Origin: Zygnema circumcarinatum SAG 698-1b
Taxonomy: Eukaryota > Plantae > Zygnematophyceae
Assembly (NCBI GenBank): GCA_037447605.1
Contig: CM074813.1
Span: 682,001-746,000 of the forward strand
DNA: 64,000 nt
Direction of reading: 5' to 3'
Position numbers and translations under genes: made by a program. Below, one piece after another: positions 38,771-49,700 of the stretch; the first letter of the stretch is position 1; every line of letters starts with the position of its first letter. The notes under the pieces were generated by a model. That model searched no databases. It was not told the origin of the DNA and saw only the letters and a program-made list of their open reading frames with translations.

Positions 38771-39552
38771 GCCTTCATTTCCGACGGCATGCATAGAAAG
38801 GCTGACCGTTCCAGCGACCATTCAGTGGAGAAAAATAAGCTCGCTGCCCCTTCATGATGTGGGCCCAATCCCTTCATCCTTATTCTCCACTTCATCCCTT
38901 AAACATGTTAACCCGCTTCCGCTCTCTCCTTTTATACCCAGCCAATAGCTCTCCCTCCTCCTTGGAATCCGAAAGCTGCCTTATATATATAATATGTATA
39001 TATATATATTAACCGTCCTCCCGAGCAGCCTCCTCCTTCCGTATCCTCTCTTCCGTCTCTTTGTTGTAGAACACATTCAGCTGGTGGTGCATCTGATCCC
39101 CCAAGAAGCAAGCACCCCTCCTTTCAGCATAGAAATAAATGGAGAAACAGTAGTCATGCAATCACAGGGCTGTAAAGAATACTTTGATAGGGAGAGTTCC
39201 TTGGCATGAGTGCCTTCAGAGATTCAATGATTACTGCTTACTTCTTTTATCACTTTCATTTTTCTTTCACTTGAAAACTGTAAGTCCGATCAGTCAGAAA
39301 CGTGATACCTGAGTGTTCTTCAGCTTCAAGGCTTGCATTTCATCGAGAAGCGTCGCAACTCTGCACCGAAATCAGCAAAGAAACTCATAAGTAGTTAATG
39401 GAATACAGTAAGGATGAAGGGATTGGGCTCACATCATGAAGGGGCAGCGAGCTTATCAAGAAGAAAGAAAAAGAAAAGCAAGCAAGTTTTTTCTCCACTG
39501 AATGGTCGCCGGAACGGTCAGCCTTTCTATGCATGCGATCGGAAATGAAGGC
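38771..39552. repeat. Long inverted repeat (arms 38771-38882 and 39409-39552)
   Basis: 62/65 plus 46/47 identities by manual alignment; the right arm carries an insert of about 32 nt. Confidence 0.95.
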
Positions 39553-40727
39553 TCATTTCATGCTCTTGAATTCTTGCCATACGCTCAATATGGCTAAATA
39601 ATCCCCCTCACCCCTTCCTTTATTTAAATACGAGCTGTACTTCATTAGGACGGAAAGGTAGGGTCTCAATTGTGGTGAGTGAAAATATATATAGACACAT
39701 CCTACAAATTATATGGATATTTCGTTCTTCAAATCCTCACCTCGCTTGCAGTTCCGCCACTTGCTGCAGAAGTTCGCGCTCTCTCTCAGATGGCAAATCG
39801 AACTGATACAGAATACCACAAAAAAAAATAAAAAATATCACAAACATTCACAAACGTCGCAAAAATACTTGGTATTCCTTCTCTTTTCCTTGTCATTATG
39901 TCCAGTTTCCTTCGCACAACCTTGTCAGTGGGGTTGATTCGGGAACGAATCAATAAAAAACGAGAATCCTTTGAAGGCTTTCAGTACTGTGAAGTCGGAA
40001 ACGGGTTGGGAATATTTGATTTGCGGGTTTCAATTGTGGGTAGAGAATGAGGCACTCACCGCAAAGTCTCCGGATGCAGCCATACTGGACCCCCGGGAAA
40101 ATAGAGCCTTAGAGCCTGCAGTTAAGCACCCAACTCCTCCATTAGAATATCTTCAACGAATATAACAATTAGTGAGTGAAATAAGGGTTGTAAGAGTAAC
40201 ATATGTCAGTACATATACATAGACATTCACATACAAATTCACACACCCATACAGATTTGTTTTACGTTAGTTTTGGCATTGCTGCCAAACAGGTGCTGAT
40301 ACAGGGTATAGCTTCAAGCAACATGCCAACACCTAAACCACCCTTAAAGGGTTTTAGGTCCATTGAATAAAATCAATGCAAAACGAAACAACAAGATGGT
40401 GATACTTTTCACTTACCGCTCTCACCCGGCATGAGATTGTTCAACAGATGAAACACGACATCCTGCAACCCAAAACAAATGTCATTTGTCACAAAAAAAA
40501 ACAAAATTTCGGTCTATGAAGTTCCAAGTCGGCAAGGACTAAGGAATTAAGGATTTTATGTTTAGGATCCCGGGGGGAGGAGAGAGAGGGAGAGAGAGAG
40601 AGAGATAGGGAGAGAGAGAAAGAGGGAGAAGAGGATTGAGAGAGGAGAGGAAAGAGAGAAGGCAGCGAGGGAGACGAGAGAATGGAAAGAGCGACGAGGG
40701 CAGAAAGAGAGGAAAAGGAGAGAGAGA

Positions 40728-40788
<61 letters not shown>

Positions 40789-43700
40789 CACCTGCTGCTC
40801 CGCCGCGTGCCTCATGAGGTTCTGCAGATGCGGGAGGATGGCGGCCACTGGGACGGAGGACCCCCCCGGCTGCGCGTTCGGCGTTGCGGGCTGCGAGTTG
40901 GGGGCCGACCCCTGCACGCGCACGCACGCACGCACGCTGCCTCTGCCTTACACTCCCTCCCTCAATTCCGTCCCTCTCCCTCTCCCTCTCCCTCTCTCTC
41001 CCTCTCCCTCTCCCTCTCCCTCTCCCTCTCCCTCTCCCTCTCCCTCTCCCTCTCCCTCTCCCTCTCCCTCTCCCTCTCCCTCCCTCTCCCTCTCCCTCTC
41101 CCTCTCCCTCTCCCTCTCCCTCTCCCTCTCCCTCCCTCTCCCTCTCCCTCTCCCTCTCCCTCTCCCTCTCCCTCTCCTCTCCCTCTCCCTCTCCCTCTCC
41201 CTCCCTCTCCCTCTCCCTCTCCTCTCCCTCTCCCTCTCCCTCCTTCTTCCTCTCCCTCTCCCTCTCCCTCTCCCTCTCCCTCTCCCTCTCCCTCTCCCTC
41301 TCCCTCTCCCTCTCCTCTCCCTCTCCCTCTCCCTCTCCCTCTCTCTCCCTCTCCCTCTCCCTCTCCCTCTCCCTCTCCCTCTCCCTCTCCCTCTCCCTCT
41401 CCCTCTCCCTCTCCCTCTCCCTCTCCCTCTCCCTCTCCCTCTCCCTCTCCCTCTCCCTCTCCCTCTCCCTCTCCCTCTCCCTCTCCCTCTCCCTCTCCCT
41501 CTCTCCCTCTCCCTCTCCCTCTTCCTCTCTCCCTCTCCCTCTCCCTCTTCCCTCTCCTCTCCCTCTCCCTCTCCCTCTCCCTCTCCCTCTCCCTCTCCCT
41601 CTTCCCTCTCCCTCTCCCTCTCCCTCTCCCTCTCCCTCTCCCTCTCCCTCTCCCTCTCCCTCTCCCTCTCCCTCTCCCTCTCCCTCTCCCTCTCCCTCTC
41701 CCTCTCCCTCTCCCTCTCCCTCTCCCTCTCCCTCTCCCTCTCCCTCTCCCTCTCCCTCTCCCTCTCCCTCTCCCTCTCCCTCTCCCTCTCCCTCTCCCTC
41801 TCCCTCTCCCTCTCCCTCTCCCTCTCCCTCTCCCTCTCTCTCTCTCCCTCTCCCTCTCCCTCTTCCTCTCCCTCTCCCTCTCCCTCTCCCTCTCCCTCTC
41901 CCTCTCCCTCTCCTTCTCCTCTCCTCTCCCTCTCTCTCCCTCTCCCTCTCCCTCTCCCTCTCTCTCCCTCTCCCTCTCCCTCTCCCTCTCCCTCTCCCTC
42001 TCCCTCTCCCTCTCCCTCTCCCTCTCCCTCTCCCTCTCCTCTCCCTCTCCCTCTCCCTCTCCCTCTCCCTCTCCCTCTCCCTCTCCCTCTCCCTCTCCCA
42101 CTCCACTCCTCTCCCTCTCCCTCTCCTCTCCCTCTCCCTCTCCCTCTCCCTCTCCCTCTCCCTCTCCTCTCCCTCTCCCACTCCTCCCTCCCTCTCCCTC
42201 TCCCTCTCCCTCTCCCTCCCTCTCCCTCTCCCTCTCCCTCTCCCTCTCCCTCTCCCTCTCCCTCTCCCTCCCTCTCCCTCTCCCTCTCCCTCTCCCTCTC
42301 CCTCTCCCTCTCCCTCTCCCTCTCCCTCTCCTCTCCCTCTCCCTCTCCCTCTCCCTCTCCCTCTCCCTCTCCCTCCCCCTCCCCCTTCCCTCTCCCTCCC
42401 TCCCTCCCCCTCTCCCTCTCCTCTCTCCCTCTTCCCTCCCTCCCTCTCCCTCTCCCTCTCCCTCTCCCTCTCCCTCTCCCTCTCTCCCTCTCCCTCTCCC
42501 TCGCCCTCGCCTTCTCCCTCTCCCTCTCCCTCTCTCCCTCTCCCTCTCCCTCTCCCTCTCCCTCTCCCTCTCCCTCTCCCTCTCCCTCTCCCTCTCCCTC
42601 TCCCTCCCCCTCCCCCTCTCCCTCTCCCTCTCCCTCTCCCTCTCCCTCTCCCTCTCCCTCTCCCTCTCCTCTCCCTCTCCCTCTCCCTCTCCCTCTCCCT
42701 CTCCCTCTCTCCCTCTCCCTCTCCCTCTCCCTCTCCCTCTCCCTCTCCCTCTCCCTCTCCCTCTCCCTCTCCCTCTCCCTCTCCCTCTCCCTCTCCCTCT
42801 CCCTCTCCCTCTCCCTCTCCTTCTTCCTCTCCCTCTCCCTCTCCCTCTCCCTCTCCCTCTCCCTCTCCTTCCCTCTCCCTCTCCCTCTCCCTCTCCCTCT
42901 CCCTCTCCCTCTCCCTCTCCCTCTCCCTCTCCCTCTCCCTCTCCCTCCCTCTCCCTCTCCCTCTCCCTCTTCCCTCTCCCTCCCTCCCCTCTCCCTCTCC
43001 CTCTCTCCCTCTCCCTCTCCCTCTCCCTCTCCCTCTCCCTCTCCCTCTCCCTCTCCCTCTCCCTCTCCCTCTCCCTCTCCCTCTCCCTCTCCCTCTCCCT
43101 CTCCCTCTCCTCTCCTTCCCTCTCCCTCTCCCTCTCCCTCTCCCTCTCCTTCTCCCTCTCCCTCTCCCTCTCCCTCTCCCTCTCCCTCTCCCTCTCCCTC
43201 TCCCTCTCCCTCTCCCTCTCCCTCTCCCTCCCTCTCCCTCTCCCTCTCCCTCTCCCTCTCCCTCTCCCTCTCCCTCTCCCTCTCTCTCCCTCTCCCTCTC
43301 CCTCTTCCTCTCCCTCTCCCTCTCCCTCTCCCTCTCCCTCTCCTCTCCCTCTCCTCTCTCCCTCGCCCTGGCCTCCACCTCTCCCCTCTCCCTCTCCCTC
43401 TTCCTCGCCCTCACCCTCTCCCTCTCTCCCTCTCCCTCTCCCTCTCCCTCTCCCTCTCCCTCTCCCTCTCCCTCTCCCTCTCCCTCTCCCTCTCCCTCTC
43501 CCTCTCCCTCTCCCTCTCCCTCTCCCTCTCCCTCTCCTTCCCTCCCCTTCTCCCTCTCCCTCTCCTCCTTCCTCTCCCTCTCTCCCTCTCCCTCTCCCTC
43601 TCCCTCTCCCTCTCCCTCTCCCTCTCCCTCTCCTCTCCCTCTCCCTCTCCCTCTCCCTCTCCCTCTCTCCCTCTCCCTCTCTCTCCCTCTCCCTCTCTCC

Positions 43701-46700
43701 CTCTCCCTCTCCCTCTCCCTCTTCCCTCTCCCTCTCCTTCTTCCTCTCCCTCTCCCTCTCCCTCTCCCTCCCCCTCCCCCTCTCCCTCTCCCTCTCCCTC
43801 CTCTCCCTCTCCCTCTCCCTCTCCCTCTCCCTCTCCCTCTCCCTCTCCCTCTCCCTCTCCCTCTCCCTCTCCCTCTCCCTCTCCCTCTCCCTCTCCTCTC
43901 CCTCTCCCTCTCCCTCTCCCTCTCCCTCTCCCTCTCCTTCTCCCTCTCCCTCTCCTCTCCCTCTCCCTCTCCCTCTCCCTCTCCTTCCCTCCCCGCCCTT
44001 CTCCCTCTCCCTCCCTCCTCTCCCTCCTCCCTGCCTCTCAGCATCTCTCCTCTCTCCCTCTCCCTCTCCCTCGCCCTCGCCCTCTCCCTCTCCCTCTCCC
44101 TCTCCCTCTCCCTCTCCCTCCCTCTCCCTCTCCCTCCCTCTCTCCCTCTCCCTCTCCCTCTCCCTCTCCCTCTCCCTCTCCTTCTCCCTCTCCCTCGCCC
44201 TCTCCCTCTCCCTCTCCTTCTCCCTCTCCCTCTCTCCCTCATCTCCAGCTGCTGAGTCTCCTCCCTCTCCTCCCTCTCCCTCTCTCTCAAGCTGCTCATC
44301 TCACCCTCTCTCTCCCTCTCCCTCTCTCTCCAGCTGCTCATCTCACCCTCTCTCTCCCACTCCGCCCCATCGTCCTCTCTTTTCCCCCTCACTCTCTCGC
44401 GCCTCCCTCCCCCTCCTCTACTCTCCACCACTCTTCCTCTACTGCTATTTTCTCTCTGCCGCTCCGCACGTTCTCCCTCCCCCCTTATCCTTCTCAAGCT
44501 GAACTCCCATCTTTTCAAAGATTTTTACCTACAAACATATGTATATATGGATATATGTATACCTTCTCGCTGAGATGGGAAGCGCCGGTTATTCTCTTCA
44601 TAGGGAGAGGAACTTCCTGCGTGTATAGATCAACACCAATTCCAGTCTTTAGAACATAAAGATATAAAAAAATAATCTTTTCACACACTTGTTTCAATGC
44701 GAAAAAGTCGATCAGGGTGCAGCTACCAAAGCTCCAAATTCCCTGCTTGTTTGTCTCCAAAGAAGGCAGAAAATAAAATTAGGTCGGTTGGGGGAGGTGG
44801 GGGTGGGGGGGGGAGGAGAGAGGCTACCTCAGCACCTTCTCCCTCAGTTGTCACGGAAAACCGTCCTTTCCTTTGAATACCTGAAACTCCCTTAGATTCC
44901 ATTCCACTCTCTTTTGTGTTCCCTGCAACAGCATGCCATAGGAAACAATAAATAATCACTCCAGAATGATTAACAGAAGGTTAGAGAAACGTAGATGACC
45001 TGCACGTTCAACTTGCAGAAAACGGTTCTGAAACGTTTCATTAATTGAAGACTGTGAAAGAAATAATCGACAAGAACTCTGCTTGCACATGGAACATGGT
45101 TCCATATTTTTTCCTGCAAATGCAGTTCTCACAGGATTATGCAAAGCATTCCATAAGGTGAAAACTCAACAGCGGTTACTCGATGAAGTCTCAGTAGTGA
45201 GCAAGAACTGAACAAATTAGAATGTTGAGAAGGAAAGTAAGTGTCATGAACAAAATATAAGCGATCAGATAAGACCTAGGAAAAGTTTGCGATGCAGGAA
45301 AAGGTCCCTCCGTAGATAGCCCAAAGAGAGACCCACCATCCTTGGGGCGCTCTCTCTCCCGCTCCCGTTCCCGCTCCCTCTCCCTCTCCCTCTCCCTCTC
45401 CCTCTCCCGTTCCCTCTCTCTCTCCCTGTCCCGCTCCCTCCCACGGTGCTGTGCAGTATCCTCGCTGTTCCGATTGTGCTCAGCACCGAGACGATCGAGC
45501 GGACCTGATTTACGATGTTCCTTTTCCCTGCAGACAGTTTAAAGCCAACCATTGGCAATGATTGGCAATTGTTGGCGATTCGCAATGTTTCGCAACCATA
45601 CAATAGAATTGTGCGACAAATACAGTCAATACTCTGAAAAACATCGAATGGACACTGAAATCCCATAACCCTGAAACTCCCCATCAAAGATACGGCATAT
45701 GAAAGTAGCCACCTGTCCGAAGCAGAGCGATCTGAGAGGGGAGGGGGGGCCATTCCGGACTTGCGAGCTCGATCTTCATGCCAGTCAGGACTATCTCCCT
45801 CTCCGTCTTCTTGGTCTCCTTCAAACACTTCAAACCGACCACTGTTCTCACAATGCACAAGCAAAGATATCTGTCAGATATCTTTGATATATTTGATATC
45901 TGTAAGAGAAGAAGATGTGAAGATCGGCCGGCCGGTTGGTCGGTCGATACAGGAAGTTATGACGGTCCTAGAAGCGTTAAGAAAAGATGCTCTTGATATT
46001 TTTACTTTAACATCATACGTTTGTAGAAGCAGCCTTGAAGTTTTCCGTTCCTCCTTTTGCTTATTTAGCAAACAAAGCACAACACTTAAAACCCTGATGA
46101 TGACAACATCACTATTGCTGAAGCTGACGTTTGAAGACAAAGACTTGGCAGTTCCTGTTGCTTGATAGCTCCTAGTATAATTGAGACTCTACTGCTATCT
46201 TCTACATATTGAAAAGATGTTGATCTAGAATCTACTAAACCATTGTATGAAACACAGTCCCCATCCAAACGTTTCTAAGAATACACCCACTTGTTACAAG
46301 CATATTACGATTAAACTGATAAAAAGTATAATGGCAGTGTAGGTGGCATCTCGGAGCATACATGTGTTTCGGCTCCTTCCTGCCCTGTGTCGGCTGACCT
46401 GACCTGTAATCGGACATCCCGCTCCCCTCAGAACTGCAGCAATCACGCATTGCAGAACTACGCATTCTAAGCAGGAGACAAGCAAGATACAAAGGGAAAT
46501 TGCCGAGCCCCTGAAAGAATCCTGAAGGGAATCAACCAAGCTGAATTGAATGATGTCCTGCATGCAGAAAGGAGAGAGAGAGAGAGGGAGAGAGAGAGAG
46601 CGGGAGATAGGATACATACTTGGGACCATTGGCTGCTTTGGGCTGCCCTGCAGGTGTAGGCAGTGGCCCAGATCTCACACGCGTCGTGACCCCGCGTTCA

Positions 46701-49700
46701 CCCGTCTGCCAACCTCCAAATTCCATTTAGAAAACTCTAAAAAAACCTCAAACCTTCGCCTCCATCCTCTGCTAAGTTTTGTAAAGTTGAAGATTTGTTA
46801 TTTTAGCTGTTCTGTATTGCCACATCTCTCACCTCTGCTGCCGCTTCTCCCTTGAGAGTGTGCACTGCCAACAATGGCTGCTGCTGCTGCAGAGCCATTC
46901 TATCAACTTCCAATGGCCCACTCTTCTGTACCTCCTTTACCTTTTCTGGCTTCTCCCTCTCCCGTTCCCTATCCCTTTCCCGCTCCTTCTCTCTCTCCCT
47001 CTCCCTATCTCTCTCCCTTTCTTTCTCCCGCTCCCTCTCCCTCTCCCTCTCCCTATCCCTGTCTCTCTCTCTCTCCATCGAGGAGCTCTGTGCCAAGCTG
47101 GGCTGCAGGTCCTGCAAATCTGCCTCACTCTCTCTCCGAGAGCCGGGGCGGGACCCTCTCTCCTCCTCCTCTCTCACAGTGGGAGGGACACTCGGCTCTT
47201 CATCATCGGGAATCTGCATAGGGAGAGGAATATAGGTCTAAGAAAGAGACTAAGAGAGAGAATACAATTTAGCGAGTAAAGGGGAATTTTGAGACTCAGG
47301 CTTTTGGGACTTTCGGGGTTGAGAGTGAAGTTTTGGAGTTCCTAAGGGTGCTGGCAATTTCGAGGGATTTGTACATTTCTTGCATGTTTCTGGGGACGGT
47401 AAGGGATTCCTGAGCAGGAATTAAAACTTGATGGTTTCGAGGAGGAATTTTGTTTCTAGATATTTAAGATTTCAGGGTATGACAAAATTCCTGATTAATG
47501 CAATTTCCGGATTCCAAAAGGGCTTGCTGAAAGTTTGGAGAGAAAAAAATCAGCTGCATCGAGATAGGGTAAAAAAACAATAGCTAAGTGCATACCAAAG
47601 CAGCCTGCCGTTTCAAATCTTCCAAATCGAAATTCCATCCACTGACTCCACGCTTGTACTCGTTCTGCATAGAACGAAAAGCAAGCGAAGCCAATTTAAC
47701 TTTAGAAACTACAAACATTTGGGGGAAAGAACAGCTAGGTGACGATAAAACAGCAGCCCTGCTTAAGAAAAGGGGATGAAGGAGTAAGGCTGCTAAAGGG
47801 TAGTTCACTTTTTTATATACAGAAAAAGGCTGACTTTCTGCAGCGCATTCAGCCCAACCATCGGCACGAGTAACACATCAACTAGTATTGTACTACTGTA
47901 ATTGAACTCTTCTCGTAAAAAATATGTATAAAGTCTTTGTTTTCCTTTTTCTAGATACCTGTGACAGTTCCTCCTGCACGTTGGAGGGCAGTTTGGAAGC
48001 TGCGAGCCGCGCTTCATCCTTCAACTGCTCACCAACATTTGGAAAAAGAAAAAAACATGCATATGTAAGCGAAAAGAAAGGAAAGAAGAGGAACGATTGC
48101 ATCAAAAAATGTTAACCCAAAGACCCTACAACACAGAAAAGTTGCAACCCGGGGAACTCGGGAAACTCTGAGAATGAATGAGGCATTTTTTTTTGCCCCT
48201 ATTTGAATGCAGCCCTCACCTTGACTGCTTTGACTCGATCTGCTAACGGCGGAAGGTTATCAATAAGAACGCGAGATATGAAGTCCGGCCCTTTCGCCTG
48301 CTTGAAGAAGGAGTGCTTCAGCAGCTTCTCTGCAGTTGGACGCTTGGAGGGGTCCTTCACTAGGCACATAGCAATCATCTCCTTCATGGCCTGAAGGAAA
48401 TGGCGAAAGAGAAAGAAAGATGAGTATTTGGAACACAAACTATTCCAGCGGATGATCCTCCCCCCCTCCCTCCCTCCCTCCCTCCCTCTCCTCCCTCCCC
48501 TCCCTCCCCTCCCTCCCCTCNNNNNNNNNNCTCCAAATTCCATTTAGAAAACTCTAAAAAAACCTCAAACCTTCGCCTCCATCCTCTGCTAAGTTTTGTA
48601 AAGTTGAAGATTTGTTATTTTAGCTGTTCTGTATTGCCACATCTCTCACCTCTGCTGCCGCTTCTCCCTTGAGAGTGTGCACTGCCAACAATGGCTGCTG
48701 CTGCTGCAGAGCCATTCTATCAACTTCCAATGGCCCACTCTTCTGTACCTCCTTTACCTTTTCTGGCTTCTCCCTCTCCCGTTCCCTATCCCTTTCCCGC
48801 TCCTTCTCTCTCTCCCTCTCCCTATCTCTCTCCCTTTCTTTCTCCCGCTCCCTCTCCCTCTCCCTCTCCCTATCCCTGTCTCTCTCTCTCTCCATCGAGG
48901 AGCTCTGTGCCAAGCTGGGCTGCAGGTCCTGCAAATCTGCCTCACTCTCTCTCCGAGAGCCGGGGCGGGACCCTCTCTCCTCCTCCTCTCTCACAGTGGG
49001 AGGGACACTCGGCTCTTCATCATCGGGAATCTGCATAGGGAGAGGAATATAGGTCTAAGAAAGAGACTAAGAGAGAGAATACAATTTAGCGAGTAAAGGG
49101 GAATTTTGAGACTCAGGCTTTTGGGACTTTCGGGGTTGAGAGTGAAGTTTTGGAGTTCCTAAGGGTGCTGGCAATTTCGAGGGATTTGTACATTTCTTGC
49201 ATGTTTCTGGGGACGGTAAGGGATTCCTGAGCAGGAATTAAAACTTGATGGTTTCGAGGAGGAATTTTGTTTCTAGATATTTAAGATTTCAGGGTATGAC
49301 AAAATTCCTGATTAATGCAATTTCCGGATTCCAAAAGGGCTTGCTGAAAGTTTGGAGAGAAAAAAATCAGCTGCATCGAGATAGGGTAAAAAAACAATAG
49401 CTAAGTGCATACCAAAGCAGCCTGCCGTTTCAAATCTTCCAAATCGAAATTCCATCCACTGACTCCACGCTTGTACTCGTTCTGCATAGAACGAAAAGCA
49501 AGCGAAGCCAATTTAACTTTAGAAACTACAAACATTTGGGGGAAAGAACAGCTAGGTGACGATAAAACAGCAGCCCTGCTTAAGAAAAGGGGATGAAGGA
49601 GTAAGGCTGCTAAAGGGTAGTTCACTTTTTTATATACAGAAAAAGGCTGACTTTCTGCAGCGCATTCAGCCCAACCATCGGCACGAGTAACACATCAACT

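Noticed and set aside
38994-39209. Plus-strand [18 protein letters not shown]...
   Set aside because: It is the antisense shadow of the last kinase exon and its intron.
40562-44659. ORFs of 1100-1300 aa in several frames
   Set aside because: They are translations of the stop-free (CCCTCT)n satellite inside a kinase intron.
45000-45336. Longer exon 14 plus extra small exons in the kinase
   Set aside because: The G|GTGGGT donor at 45336 joins directly in phase to the next exon; the alternatives need a weak donor or an intron of about 35 nt.
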